A stretch of DNA of 64,000 nt from the NCBI GenBank assembly GCA_958009085.1, contig OY253670.1:806001-870000 (forward strand), given 5' to 3'. Under the pieces are notes generated by a model. It saw only the letters and a list, made by a program, of their open reading frames with translations. It was not told the DNA's origin and searched no databases. Numbering within the stretch: position 1 is the stretch's first letter; every line of letters starts with the position of its first letter. This DNA comes from Protoeuglena noctilucae (Eukaryota). Shown here one piece after another: positions 48,126 through 62,600 of the stretch. A program made the translations under genes and the position numbers.

Positions 48126-48927
48126 CCCCGCGCCTCCGTAGGAAGACGCTTGCGCGGACACCTCCCTGCGCGAAATAAGCGTCGTTTCAAAAAGAAAATG
48201 GCGCTGCAACCCTGAAATGTGCTCCCAGAAAACCCAAGAAATGCTTCCAAGGCTGCATGTGCAGAGGCATAGGGTGAACAAGGCTCTGGCTCCCGGGAGA
48301 GCGCAGTAGGCCGATGTGGACCGCCAGCAGTGCAAGATGAGATTGCGAATGCGCAGGTTTGGAAAAGGCGTCGAAAAGACGCGCGGATGCGGCGCAGCAT
48401 CCACTCCTGGCACAGACACTAAGCGCGGAGAAGCACGTCGACTCGCATAGATGTGCGGTGTGCGCTGCTGGCCATGTTCCGCATTCACGTCAATAGACAC
48501 CACTACAGGTGGTCAGGGGCTGCAGGTGGCGTCGGCGAGGCGCCTCACCTGCCCGCGTGTCGCAGCGAATCGGCCGCACTTCCCAGTCCAGAGGACGTAC
48601 TCGCCATCGCCATTCCTGACATGTGGGTGACCGACAAGACCAGCCTCGCCAACGACGGAAGTCTCGAGCGAGAGAGGGTTCGACCAGGCCGGAGAACCGA
48701 CAAGAGAGGCGTGCAAGCCTGCATAATGGGCGATCTGGTGTCGATGAAGCTGAGATTTGCATCTCGAGCCCCTGTGGTGCGCGCAAGAAGTCGCTCAGTG
48801 ACAGGTGTCACTGACTTGCCAGTCTCACGAGAACCATCCGGTCATCATTCAAGATCATCGCGCAGGACCTGCAGTGGCACACTGTCCACTGCATGCGCGC
48901 CACCCTCGTCCCGGCAGAAGTCGGTTC

Positions 48928-51900
48928 TCATCCGAATGACAGGTCCACGTCCTCCCCAGCGGCCCCAGGGTTGTCCCGCGGTGTGGTCCTCCGAGCGGCC
49001 ATCCCCTTGGGCAGCGGCCGGATCGCCGGCAGCCGTGGCTGTCTGCCCCGGGCCCTCCTGACCCCAACCTCCTCCCCCGGCCCATCACTGTCCACGCCCG
49101 TTTCATCTCCGCCCATTTCCTCGCCCTCGGCCTCCCCATCCTGGCCATCCACTGCGGCATCCTGCTCGCTGTCGCTCCCCGCGGCCCAATCCCCGTCCCT
49201 GCGAGCAAGACTTGTGGGCCAGCTTCGCAGCGCTCTGCGGGGGCGGCGCTGCAGCGTCTCCAGATGCCCATCTCACCATGGGCCCTTCACGCGCTGCGCC
49301 GGCGGAGTCGACCCGGGCCTCTGTCGCACCATGCGCGACGGCCGCATGTCCCGCGGCTGCCCCTGCCGATCCATCGGCGCGCGCCGCGACCCCCTCTCCT
49401 GGGGTGTTGCCGCTTCTAGCAGAGCGCGCATCCTCGTAAGCACCGCGCTGGCGTTCCTGCGACACGGCAACGCAGATGCATTCGCAGAGGCACGAGTCCT
49501 TGGCTATGGCCTGCCCCTGCATGCCCCGCATCGCACCTCGAGTCGGCCTCGTGGGAAATGACGACGACCTCCGGGGAGCGCTTGTTGAAATCCTTGCAAG
49601 CGCGACGCACGTTATCTGCTACGAGGCGCTCGATCGTGCTCAGCTCGCAGTCCAGCGGCTGCGAGGACACGGCGGCCATGGCGGCCGCATGCAGGCGCTC
49701 CAGGAGCCGGCCCTTGTCCACCCACATGGCCTTGGTCGTCAGGCGCACGTTGGCGTGCAAACGCGCTTGCATCCATACGGAAATCTGCGGGCCAGGAGAG
49801 AGGGCACGGGCACCTCCACAGCTGCTGGTTGCACACTTGTATGCATCGCCGCGCTTGACCACGAGAGCAATTACCGAGCACGCCAAATCACCTGCTCCTG
49901 CGCGCTGAGTCTCGCGTCGCCCTGCTGGGGCGCGCGCCGTATCACGTCCACCACGACGATGACGATGCCCTCGTTGGCGAGCCTCAGTCGCTGGTCGATG
50001 CTCATCTCCGCAGCCGTCCCGGTGCCATTCTCCCCGTCGTTGTAGAAAGGTACCAGGTTTGCCCTCCCTAGCACCTGGATCGACGACGCCGACCCCATCG
50101 ACACGAAGTTGCTCTTCCCCACGTCGTACACCCCCAGCATCTGCCCATTCTTGATCACTGCAAGGGCGACACGAGCCACGATGCCAGGCAGCTCACTCCC
50201 GCAAACGGGCATCCATCGCGCCTCCATCGCCCTCAACCCATCAACCCAACAAGAGCTCGCCATGGAGCACGCCCCAGCTCTCACCGCTCGTCCGCTTCAC
50301 CCCGAGCCCGTGCGCCAGCTCGGCGTGCGCCGTCAGGAACGCGTACTCCCCGTGCACGGGCAAGAAGTGCTGCGGCTTGACGAGCTTAAGCACCTCCTCC
50401 AGCTCCCCACGATACGCATGCCCCGACACGTGGAGCAGCTCCCCGCGGCCCATGGCAATCTCCGGGCCCAGCTGCGCCACGGCGTTCATCATCTTCATCA
50501 CGCGCTTCTCGTTCCCGGGAATGACCTGCGTCGTGCAGATACTGACCGCCATTGAGCCGCGCGAGGCTCCCAAAGCGGCTGGCGGGGGCAGGTGGTGCAT
50601 TGAAAGCCAGGCAGGGTATAGTCTCCGGCGCCGTGCATTGCAGGGGTCTGAATAAGGTTCGATGACATACTTCGACGCCAGCCATCGCCATCAACGCCCT
50701 CGCCTTGGCGGAGTAGAGGATGAGGTCCTCGGGGTCGAGCTTAAGGGCATGCGAGGCTCCCTGGGCGGCCAGTGACAACGCTGCGCGGGGCTCTGCCTGC
50801 GAGCCCGTCGTCACGATGAAGACCTGCTTGGGGTCGTAGTCGTCCAGCTCGCTCCAGTGGATGAGCTCCGAGGGCGAGAAGCTCGACCGGCCGTCCTTGA
50901 ACGCAGCGTCCAGGTATACGTTCAGCGACGTGCCGATGAAGCACATCTTGCGGCCTGCGGGCGGCAGGACGCAGAGGAGGTTCCATCGGGATACATCGTG
51001 GTGCGACGAGAGCCGGGGCCTGACTGCGCGTGGCGGGGTGGCCGTCGCGTGCCTGCCATGTCGGCCGCCTTCTTCATAATTTGCAGGCGGTGGATGTTGG
51101 ATGCGAACTGCGTGGCCACGATGCGGCCGCCCTTGAAGTCCGCGACGCGCCGGAGGATGCTGTCCTCCACCTGGCGCTCCGACAGGGTGCGGCCGGGCGA
51201 CAGCACGTTCGTGGAATCGCTGCGGAGAGGGAGTGGACCGTGACTTGGCACGTCGCGCGTGGCAACAAGCACAAGGCACGCCATTCGAGCCACTCTGCCC
51301 CACAGCACACCAGCACCGTGGCAATCCAAAGCCAAGGTGCCGCAGTTCACCCCACCTCATGAACAGGGCCACGCCCTCCTTCCCGATCTGCTCAAAGGCG
51401 TCCCGATCGAACTTGTCCCCGTCGGTGGGCTCCTCGTCGATCTTCCAGTCGCCCGTGTGCACGATGTTGCCGTATGCAGACCGGAGGATGAGGCCGCAGC
51501 AGTCCGGGATGGAGTGCGTCACGCGGATTGGCTCACAGTCGAACGGCCCGCACGCGAAACGCTCGCGCATCCGGACGGTTCGGAACCGGGACTCGTCCCA
51601 CAGCCTGCGCGGCGCAGCGTGCTTTGCGTCAGTGGCCGTTGCAGGTGCATTGGGCCCTGGCAGTGCCGAGCGGTCGCTCCCAGCCATCTCACCCGTACTC
51701 AATCAGCCTCCTCTTCACCAGCGCCATCACGAAAGACCCGGCATACACAGGGGTGCTGGGGTCAAGGGCCGGGATGACCCAAGGCAGGGCGCCGATGTGG
51801 TCTTCGTGCCTGCGAGCGAGGGCGCAAGCGCGTCGGGACACGAACAGCTGTCTTCGTGGCTGCAAGCGAGCAGCCACGCGCATCGGGACGCGGGAAGCTG

Positions 51901-52518
51901 AGCTGACTCGGCTAGCTATGGCCGAGGGCGCACCCATGCGTAATGAAGACCGCCTCGATCTTGTCGCGCCACTGGTGCAGGAACGAGGTGTCGGGGAGGA
52001 TTTTCTGCATGCCGATCTCGGCCATGTCGGGGAACATGAGCCCCGCGTCCACGAGGATGTACCGGTCCTTGACACCAATCAGCATGCAGTTCATGCCAAT
52101 CTCTCCCAGCCCGCCGATGGGCAGCACGCGGAGGGGAGGGCCCTCGTCTGGAGGCGGCCCTGGGAACGGCTTATTCGGTTGCTGGTCCAGCGCGGACCCC
52201 AGGTGCTTGACGCCGTCCGACTTGCGCATAATGCGGGTGGTCGACCGGCCCTTGGACCCCCTGGCTGCCATGCACGCCGCTTGCCGCGGGGGCGCCTCCC
52301 GGAACCCGTACGCGGAGCTCTGCGGGACATAATCGGTGTCGTAGGCCGTCGGGAGGGGCGCGACAGCCCACCTCACTCGGCGCGGGGCGGGGCGGTTCAT
52401 CAAAGGCCAACCGTGGGCGCCACCCTCCCCTTCGCGCCGTCGAGCTCCGAAAGAGCGAACTCACCCGCGGACGTGAGCATCCTAAAGAGAAGTGCTCATT
52501 TCGCGCAACTGCGGCCAT
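48928..52518 (-). CDS. RNJ: Chloroplast ribonuclease J (metallo-beta-lactamase/beta-CASP)
   Basis: [73 protein letters not shown] and FLPVHGE. Confidence 0.96.
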
Positions 52519-53046
52519 GGCGGGACCTCTCCGGACGGCCTGCCGTCTGGCTGCAAAACCGCAACGCCGTACGCCAAACCCGCCCCCCCTGGTGCACGAC
52601 AAGTGCTCCGATCGCACGGGTGCCTTGATCGGTCAGGGACCGATCCGAGGCTTAACTGTTCGGCTGCTTAAACCCGCATTCCAGGACGCCTGGTGCCGCC
52701 GGCTGCCTTCGCGACAGGATGGCGTGGCCCGCGCGAGGCGTGGATGAAAGGAGCAGCTTTCCCGGAGTTCTTGCGATTGAAAGCCGTGATTTCAGCGTGG
52801 GCAGGAACAGAAGAGCCAAGCCCGCGCCGTTGACGCCTGACACTATGTTTTCCTGCAATGTCCCCGGCTTTGACCGGGGCTCTGACCCTCTCCGCGTTCA
52901 GATAAGCAGAGAGTGACGTGCGCTTGTGTTGCTGCTCGCCTGCCACTGCTCCCAGCAGCGTTGCGAGCTTGCGTGATTGTCGCGGTCGTCGCACTGGGCA
53001 GCCTCCCGCCGCCAGCGCTTGGCACGTTGCTGGCTGCGCCGCATTC

Positions 53047-54635
53047 ATGGTGCAAATGAGCATGGTGCAGGCCACACTGCGACACACGTGCTCCCCGACA
53101 CGTCACCGCTCCGCGCCAACCAATCGCCCTCGTTTCGCGCAATTTGGATCGCCCCTGCCACTCCGCCGGCCCATCTGCACGCACGACCGATCTCTTCAAC
53201 GCGGCACGTCGATCAAGACAAGCGTGTCGACCGCTCCCCAGGGCCTTGGTGCGTGATATTTCTCGTCCGCACGCGCCCCAGCGTTTTACGACGCGCGAGC
53301 CTCCCCTTTCGTATCGCGTCGAGGCATCAGGCTTGTTGTGATCGGTTATGCAGAGACCGAGCTGGATGCGCGAGGCAGCGTGCGGCTAGCCCTCCGAAAA
53401 GAGGGGTGGCAGTACTGGACGTGGCAGAGCGAGAGCGGCCCAATCCGCACGCACTATATCGAAGCCGGCGACGCTTCGAACCCCCCCGTCCTTCTCATCC
53501 ACGGCTTCGGGTGGGCAGCTCAGCGACTGCTGATGCATGGGCACCCGTGAACCGCACCCTGTGCACCCGATGCGCATGCCCGCACGAGGCCATGCCGCCC
53601 AAAGCATCTCGCCTTTGCTCCCCGCAGGGCCTCAAGTTATCACTATCGGCACAACATCCCCGAGCTCTCCCAGCGGTACCACGTCCTGGCCCTCGACATG
53701 GCCGGCTTTGGCTGGAGCGACAAGCCCCTGGCCAACTTCGAGGATGGGGAGCTGTGGGTGGCGCAGGCGGCCGCGTTCCTCCGCCACCACGGCGTGGGGC
53801 CCTCGCGCAAAGCCGTGGTGGCCGGCAACAGCCTCGGCGGCTACGTGACGCTGGCGCTGGCGGTGAAGCACCCCGAGCTCGTCGCGGGGATCGCCCTCCT
53901 CAATTCTGCGGGGTCCTTTGAGTCCGAAACGTCCCTGCCCCCGCCGGAGTTCTCGCCAGGTTGGTGACACCGACCGAAGGGCGACGGGAAGCGCGCATAT
54001 GTGCACGTCCGCCGTAACCTTGCCTGGCGCTGCCTTGCTGCCCCCGCAGTGGCCCAGCTGTCCCTGTGGGGCCGGATGCGTGCGTGGCTGGGCGAGCGTG
54101 CCAAGCGCGTCGTGGTTGGGGCCTCGTTCTACTACACCAAGCAGCCCCTGCGGATCCGGCAGGTCCTCCGCGCCGTCTACGTCAACCATGCGCAGGTGGA
54201 CGACGACCTCGTGGACTCCATTCAGCTGCCGTCGGAGGACCCCAATGCTCCCGAGGTGTTCTACCGCATCATCACGCAGAAGGTCAGTGCCTTGCGTCCC
54301 GACGGGTCGTTAGCTTGGCCATGCTGAGCGGCCATCTCAGGCAGCCACATGCTGACAAGGGTGCATATCAGATCTTCATTGACTTGTGACCGCAGAAGCG
54401 CCCGGTGAACTCCCTCCTGCAACAGCTGCGCGTGCCGACGCTGCTGCTGTGGGGACTCGATGACCCATGGATCGTCCCTCGCCGCACGGACCAGATCATC
54501 CAGTGCTACCCGGCTGCCGTGCGCGTGGACATTCCCGGGTCTGGCCACTGCCCTCACGACGACACCCCTGAGGTCGTGAACCGAGAGCTGTCCAAGTGGG
54601 CCGACCAGCTCGCGAGGTCCGAGGCCCCAGCATAG
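53047..54635 (+). CDS. Alpha/beta-fold hydrolase, plastid-targeted (pheophytinase-like family); the start may be Met at 53062
   Basis: PPVLLIHGFG, HYRHNIPELS, ALDMAGFGWSDKP, nucleophile elbow GNSLGG, LLLWGLDDPW and GHCPHDDTPE. Confidence 0.88.
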
Positions 54636-54875
54636 TAGCCGCGCCTCGTGCGACCGTGCTGCGGTGTTCAACCTGACTGGTGGGGGCCCATCACTACGCC
54701 TGCAGCAGGCATCGACGCTACAAACTGTTCATTCATCACAGGCCGTCGCTAGGACTCTTGCACAGGCGGCACGCCTCAGCCATAAGCAGTTGCACAGTCT
54801 CTGGGCACGCGCGCATCGCAGCCACGCAGTGGGGCCCCTCCGCCCAACAGGCCGCCGCGTCCGCGCCCAGTAGCC

Positions 54876-57800
54876 TCACGCATTCCTCCCACAGCTCTGC
54901 GAGCAACCAGCAACCAGCAGCCGCATTCGTACCACAGCAGTCCCATCACGTGTGCGGCTGCGATGTAGCCCCTCGCTCAGCCGACCGTTTGACGCACCTG
55001 CCTCGCCGAGCTCGCGCGCAGCCCGCGCCGCCGACCACACGCTGCGTGAGGACAGGTGCGCAGACAGGCGGGCCAGGCACTCGACACGCAACCCATGCGC
55101 GCCCTCCCTGGCCGCCTGCAGCAACAGCGCCCCCAGATGATCCTCTCCCACCATGTCCACGGCAACCCCCAGGGCCCTGCAGTAGAGCGCCACCGCCTCC
55201 CGCGCCGTGAGCTCGTCGCAGTGCGTGCCGCCCTGTTGGCCAGCCAGGGACTGCCACGGCGTAGTGGGCGAGCCGTCGTCGAGGAGGATTCCCGACTCGC
55301 GGCGCTCCATAGCAGGGCGCAGTGGGCCACCAGGGCGCGGTGGGCCGCTGCCATGCGCCTTGTCCACTGGGGCAGCCGCGCTGGGGATTGTGCCACCTCG
55401 GAAGGCGAAAGACCCGCAGTCGAGGGGACCGTGCTCGGGAATGGCCTGCAGGTCACCCACAGGTCGGGGGCAGGGCCTTGAGGGGTGGCTCCACGATCGC
55501 AAAGACGCCGCAAGGGGACCGTCCCCGTCGTGGCTGCCGGCCAGGCCCCCTTCGCCTGCAGACACTCCGTGGGCCAGCAGCTCCTCGCTCTGGAGCGCCG
55601 AGTCGTCTGAGGGTGCCTGCTGCGAGGAAGGAGACACCTGGCAGCCTACGCCGTCCTCCACCACGACCTCACTGAGGGAGCCAGTGGTGTTGCTTGAGCC
55701 GCACAGGGAGCCGCCGGGGGCCTCCTCGCGCGTCTCCTCGCTGTCTTGCGTGCCCTCCAGCGCGCGCGCAGTCCCGTCAGCATTTGATCCCATCCCGCCA
55801 TCACCGATGCTGGCAGGTGGCGAGCGGCACGGCCCCTCCCTGCCAGACTCGCAACCAGGGTTCCCGCATCCGTCCCACTGACAGGCGGGGTCGACGTTGC
55901 ATAGCCCAGGTGTGCCGCCCTCGTCAGAAGCTGCAAGAGCGGCGGGGGCACTGCCAGTGCGGCCCCTCTGTGGGATGCCCAAGGAGTGGCCTCGCCCGGC
56001 AGACCTTGCAGAGCTCAAGTCTCCGCTGTGACCTCTGTCTGACGAGCGGGCCATGGGACGCCCCGGGCTTGCGGCCTTGCCTCGCGGCGGGGGCGGCGGT
56101 GTCGGGGCGGCGCGCGACCCGGAGAGGCCGTCGGGGTGCGGCACGAGCCACTGCGCGTGGGGAGCCTCGAACCACGAGAGGCTGCAAGGAAGGAGCGCAC
56201 CGTGCGCCTGCCCGCCATTCAGCGCCAGAGAGCCGGACCATGCGAGGCTCTGAGGCCCGTCAGGGTAGCCCTCTCCCAGGGGGTGGGACGCGAGGGACAG
56301 AGGAAGGTCCAGCCATCCCTCCGACTCGAACCCGATCGAGCTGCCGTCGGTGGACCTCCTCCTCCACTCCCTCTCGTACGTGCTGCTCAGGGAACCCCCG
56401 ATGGGACCCTTGAACTTGAGCAGCGCCTGCAGGTCCGCACGGACCTTGCGAAGGGCCGCGGAACGGCCCAGCGGGCCCCGCGCGTCGTCGATCGCCAGGT
56501 CGGGGCCCTCACTGCGCCCATAGTCCAGATCCGACCATCGCCGCTGGTCCATGCCGTGACCCGCAGCCACGTCGCCGTCCCCTCCGCCCGCCAGTCGGTC
56601 CCCACCCACGGCCACGTCTGAGCTGCGGAAGCGCTCCAGGAGGCGCAGGACGGCGCGGTGGCCCGCCTGCAGGTGAGCGGCGGTCCCGTCTGCGGCCGCG
56701 CCAGCAGGGTCCAAGCCCTCACTGTCTTTGGGGGACGTCAGGCCAACAAGGTGACTGCGCACTGCCCATAGAACCGCCTCGTCGCTGCCGGCGTTGGCAG
56801 TGTCGTCGGCACTCTCGGCGGGGGATGCGCCGATGTCCTTAGACGGGGCGTGATCTGCGCCGGTCCCCGACAAAGTTGAGTGGGAGGATATGGAGCTGGT
56901 GGCGGAGTGCCTGCGAGCGAGGTGCAGGGTGGAGGATGGCGGAATAGCACTGGCGCGTCCCTCCTCTGGCCAGCTCCAGTGCAGCCTGAAATGACGCTCG
57001 GGGCCGACACGCACCAGTCCGTCAGGATCACAGGGGCCTTGCTGCCCACCACCACGTTGGATATGTTTGCCGGGTTGATCATCTTAATCCTGCCACGGGA
57101 TGCCCACAGCCTCCCCTGCAGCACGGGAAGCAGCAGTTGCCCATTGCACATGCAGATGAAGATGACGCAGCGACATGCGCCCGTCACTCATCAGAGCTCG
57201 AGGAGAGGTAGCCGAGATGGATCTGATGGTGGCCTCACCTCCCGCAGTTGAAGGGCCGGCCCATGGTCTGCCTCGGTCCCGGCCTGGCCGGTGGACGCCT
57301 CACTGGCGCCTCGGGAGGGCCACTGGAAACACGCCCGGGCGTCTTGCATGCCATGGATGGCCAACATGTAGTCCCTTGAGTCCGAGTCGATGAGGTCGTC
57401 GCCGCCCAGCTCCACAAGGCTCGCTGCGTCCTCAGGCACGCACCCATCCGCCGTCTGCCCGAGACTCTCCGAGCCCACGCTGACATGGATGGGGTGGCCT
57501 TGCAGGGACTCATCGAGGGGCACTGCACGGCTCTCGAGAGGTGTCGCCGGGGCGCCTTGCACGGCATGGGGTGCTCCAAGACCCTGCTTGTCTGCCGTGA
57601 CACCATTGGGAGACCGCGCCGCCAAGGTGAGAGCCGACGGCCGTCGGCCCCCAGGGCTTTCGGGCGACTGGGAGGCAGAGGCGATCTTGTACCTGGGCAG
57701 AGGCGCCGTGTCACGCCTCGATGCACAGAGAAGCGGCAGGCATGAGTTGCACCCGGCTGGCCCGTCCCGGGGAGACTCGATGCTCGCGGGCCCGTCAGAC

Positions 57801-59028
57801 ACAGGGAGCTGCTCAGATCCATGAGAGTCGACGGGACTCCTGGTCTCGTCGTTGGCAGGCCACTCCTCGGTGGACACACTGCCGGAAACCGGTGCCAGCG
57901 ACAGGAGGCGGACCTTCGTCACGTTGATGGGCAGCGAGAAGCACCCGTCCCCCAGGACGACGCCCTCCACGGTCAGCGTCACGTCGACAAGAGCGTCGAA
58001 GTCGGTCCGCTCCACGTTGACCTCTGCGGCGTAGGGGATTGCGGCGGTGGCCGAGGATGCGCGTGTGTGACCCATGCACGCAACCCAAACATGTGACCAT
58101 GGCGAGCGAGGACGCACCTGGCTCTCTGTTGCCTCTCTTAGAAAGCATCTCGGCCATGGCCGAGTCCCAGAGCGGCCTGGGACACCGGACAGCAGCTGTG
58201 GCCATGTCCGCCGCCTGGGGTGCCGCGGAGGGCGGCACAGTTGACCTGCAAGGAGGGTCGCCGACCGTCACAGCGCACGCTCACGTACAGCGGTCACAGC
58301 AAGGCGCCACTCCATGTGAACATCTCTGCCGCTGCATCTGCTGCAGCCCGTGCTCACCCGTCACGGCCCGCAGCGACCCTCACGACCGCGTTGCCCGCCC
58401 CATGCTTGACGACGATGCTGGCTGCAGGCCGGGACTCGCCCACGGCCTCCGCGAGCACGTCCTTCACTGCTATGCGAAGACATGTCTTGGAGGACGAGTC
58501 GACGAGGGAGCTCTGAAACATGTCAATGGCCTGCGTGACAGCCTAGGACATCATCGCTTCCGGCACCCGTGGCACCTTCATGGGATGCTGCGCGCACCTG
58601 CAATGGACCACGGCATTCGTGACTCGCCTCTGTGACGCTGACGCGCTTGCCGAACCATCGCTCGGACCGCTCGAAGGCGGTGCGGACCACCGTCCTCTCG
58701 ACAGACCTCAGGACGTCTCCAAGCCACGTCGGACACTCCACGTTCAAAAGGACATCCTCGGATGGCCCACTGGATGTGCGGAGGACGGGCTTCGCGCTCA
58801 GCGCGGCCTGCAGCGGGGAGCAGTCCGCGGACCCGCGCAGCCGCACTCACCCGACCGATGCGCGCACAGAGAGGCCAGGCACTGGAACTGTGAGCATGTC
58901 CCTGTCAATGCCGACGAAAAGATCGCACCAGCTGCGAGCGGGCGATGCAGGATTCGCTTGCGACTGTTGCCCTTCCTTGGCTCGCTCGCGCCCCGCTGGA
59001 CACTTTCGCGGGCCCTCGTCCGGCCCAT
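54876..59028 (-). CDS. Large protein of unknown function with a long low-complexity C-terminal half (exon model approximate)
   Basis: Long exons at about 54876-57000 and 57240-58030, plus smaller upstream exons with GT-AG sites. No motif confidently assigned. Confidence 0.45.
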
Positions 59029-59604
59029 GATTATATCGTGATGTATGTAAATGCTTTCCAGCGTACTGTGAGCTTCTGGTCAGCCCCAAGCCGCAAATGC
59101 TCGCCTCTTTCGGTCTGACTTCCGAGTCTTTTTGCTGCCCACACCGAGCGGTATGCACCCGAATATGGTCATGTTGGGAGCTTTTGTGTCGAATTTTACC
59201 GTCAAGGTACCATGATAGCCGCTTGCGTCTACCGGCGTGCGAGGACCCGGGTGTATGCGACTGCTGGCGCCGTTGGCAGTTTACAAACTGCAGCCGCGAA
59301 GTGCTTGTTACACTGAAAAGACATCTGTAGCAAATGGCATTGATCAGCAGCTGATTTTTGGCTCTCTGACACAGCATGCCGGGCAGTGCATGCAGGAATC
59401 CGTGAATACACAGCCTCCCAGACATCTCCGCCTATACCTGACTCCCGACGCGCGCTGCCGCTCCCCTGGCAGCCAGGGCCCACGAGGTTGGGCCGATGCA
59501 TCTCCCGGGTGCCATGGTGTGCGTGATGTCCACGTTGTTAGCTTGAGAGCATTTTCATGCAGCAAACGTAGTCACAGGCCTCTGCAGTCCGCGATTTGGG
59601 ATCC

Positions 59605-62600
59605 ATGCTGCAGCATTTCCGCCCGGCCGCGGTGCTCCGCGTCCTCGCGGCGGCCCTCAGCGCCTTGGTGCGTGCGATTCCTTTGCTTGCGGGTGGAAGC
59701 GGCAGGAGCCTTCTGATGCAGCTGCGTAACACGCATGGAAGAGCAAATCGCCTCGGCCCAGATCCTCCGCAGGCCCCGACCGCCCAGCGCATCCTTGTTC
59801 TCGCTGCCGTGGTGTCCCTCGCGTTCGTCGTCCAAAGCCGAGGATGGTACCAAGACGAGAATGCCATGATGACGGGCGAGAGGCGGTGGAAACTCCTCCT
59901 CGCGCTGTGCATTGCGTCCATGCTCGCTGCGCACCCTCAGCATCGCTCTTTCTGCGCCATGCGCAGGCCTCGCGACGGACAGCGGCGTGCCCCATTCATC
60001 GTCCGACGACCTCGCCGGCCTTGTCATGCGCCTGCACCAGCAGCGCGACCAGGGGGGCTCGCACGCAGAGGCGGCCTTTGAGGTGGCGCAGTTTCTACGG
60101 CAATGGTCCGTCAGCGCCGAAGTGCAGCGCTTCCCTTCGACAAGCAAGGCGCCGTTCGCTTTGGACTGGTGATCGCCCGTCAGCTGGTCGGGGAGAGCGC
60201 GTTTGACCTGGTTACAACGCGCGACCATGGCAAGCTTGCACCGCTCGCAGTGCCAACGTGATCGTCAAGGTCCGCGCGAGCCGTGGAGGCTCGAGTGTCT
60301 CTGCCGGGCCGATGATGCTTGTCACGCCTTGGGGTTCCCAGGACCCTCAGGTGCCTCTGATGCGACACCTTGGGGTGTCCCATTGCGGCGTCTCGTGTGA
60401 CTCTTGCAAGCATCTTGCCACCCGGTCCAACGCTTCATTCCCACCAACGCCGCGTCGTGTATCGTCGTGCAGGCGCTTTGGAGGCAGGAGGCACTGGGAG
60501 CGGCCACGGCCATCACCACCGGCTTCTCCATCGCCGGACACGTGCTCCCGAGCTCCAACTGGCAAGCGAGGGACCTCGTCTGGATCATCACAGACGCCTC
60601 CTGCGGTTCAGACGAGAGCCTCGCCCGCGCTCTCGCGTCGCTGGACCCTGCACGGTCTCCGCTCGGCGTGGGGTTGACGCCCGGCCCAGGCCTCTTCCAC
60701 AGCGGCCGGGGCACTACCGTCGGCGAGGCGCTATACCTCGAGATCGAATCTGGCGCGGCCAGGTGACCGCGGCTGGAGGCCCTCATCTCTTGGAGCTGCG
60801 TGTGTGGGCATCGCCGGCTGCACTGACGGTGACGACCAAGCACAACTCGCGGCCTGTGTCGTCCGCAGTGAGTTCTCCATGTGCTTGGGTGGTTTCGACG
60901 CGTGGTTGCCCAACGCAGACCTCGCCTACGTCGCCTTTGCGGCGCTGGTGGGGCTACGGGCGGTCGGGGCCGGGATGGCTGCCCTGCGACTGGATGGCGG
61001 GCTGCACGCTTTCCTCGCCGGGAAAGAGCCGCCGATTGCTGGACACCGATCGGAGCCGGTAGCCGCGGTGAGCTGAGGGGCCTTGGAGGTTGTTGCTCAC
61101 ATGCTCCGGTGACGGTCCGCCTAAGGGCATGGCAGCCCCGCGGCATCGCTCGCAGGCGGCCGCGGCCTTCTCCCGGGCTTTGATGACGGCGGCGGGCGTT
61201 CCGCGGTGTCCCTCCGCGGTCCTTCAGGCGCACAACGTCGATGCCGTCGCCATTCGCGTGTCGGACCGAGGCACGGCCGCTGGGTTCCCTGGCGAGCGCA
61301 TGGCTGGGGCCGTGGGCGTGGGTCTCGTCATGGCCTTGGAGCGTGCTTTCCGCTCCCTGAACAATTTGGAGGCGAGTGACGGGTGGTGTGCCCACGAGCG
61401 AGCTGCGTGCGAGGTAATGGGCCATGGGATCACCTCGACGCTGCGAAGGGTCTCTGCTGCAGGAGAGACTTCACCATTCCGTGGACATGTATCTCCCCGT
61501 CGGTGCAAACTCCTTTGCTTCCGTCTCTGCGACCCTGGTCCCCGTGGCCCTCGCTGTGACGTCGCTGGCCTTTGGGGCGACCCGGGCCAAGGTGGCTTTC
61601 AAGCGGTGGCATCACAGCACAGGCCGGGAGCAAGAGAAGGCTGAGGATGCTGCGGACTCTGCCACCACGGCTGCCCCGGATGTGTCGCGCTGGCACGCGT
61701 CCCTTGCCGTGACCGTGTCCGCGTTTGCCATCTGCGCGTCTGCCCTGCGACCATTGCTGTCCGCCTGGGCAGACCTCTCTGGCCGGCATTCGCCTTGGGA
61801 CGCGGTCGACCGATGCGCCGCGCACGACAGCACCAGCCCGCTCGCCGCCGTCTGGCACGCGGGCATCCCAGGTGAATGCCCAGAGCGCCTGGGCCAACGT
61901 CGACCCACGCCGTCCTGCGCCTTGCCTTTTTGCCACAAGTCGTGTGTCCTTACCCTAACATACGCCCCAACGTCGCCACAGGGCTGCCTGGAGTTCTGGC
62001 ACTGGCCCTCAGCACGCATCTGGCAAGCCCCGAGGTTGGACTCCTGTGGGCACTTCAAGTCATCGCCGTGTCTGGCGCGGTGATCGCTGTCAAGGTCATG
62101 GTGAGCGAGGTCTCACATGCGGTCTCACAATGTCGGTGTTGTGATTGCCAGGGCCGCCCACCACACGCGCCCGAGATTGTTCAATGTTCGCAGAGTGGTG
62201 GTGGTGCTGGCACTCAGTCATCAAGCGGCCGCTCTACTAGACAACCGCTGCTGGCGCATGTGACATTCCTCGTCTGCAATGTCCTGTGCGCCTGTCTCGT
62301 GGGGTTGTTCTTCCTTAACTGGGGGCTGGCATGGGCGGCGGGGGTATGCCTGGCAACCACCGCTGCGTGCGTGGCGCTGCCTCGGGAACCCAGTCCGTGG
62401 TCCGACACTCGGGCGGCGCTGGCGGAGTTCCTGCCGAGAGCGAAGTCAGGGCGTGGGCTGCCAGGCTCAGTTGCACATCGTGCGGTGGCGTGGGTGAGGA
62501 GTCGCCTGGGGGTGTTCAGTCACATCTCTGGAAGGGGCGACTCGCAGGGAGAGGGCGGTGGTAAGGAGGCGGACGGTAGTGCGGCAGAGCGCACGGAGAG

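Noticed and set aside
48928..49535. RNase J C-terminus lacks the GT-1/trihelix domain of land-plant RNase J
   Set aside because: Absence of this domain is, as far as I recall, the usual state in green algae, so it is not novel.
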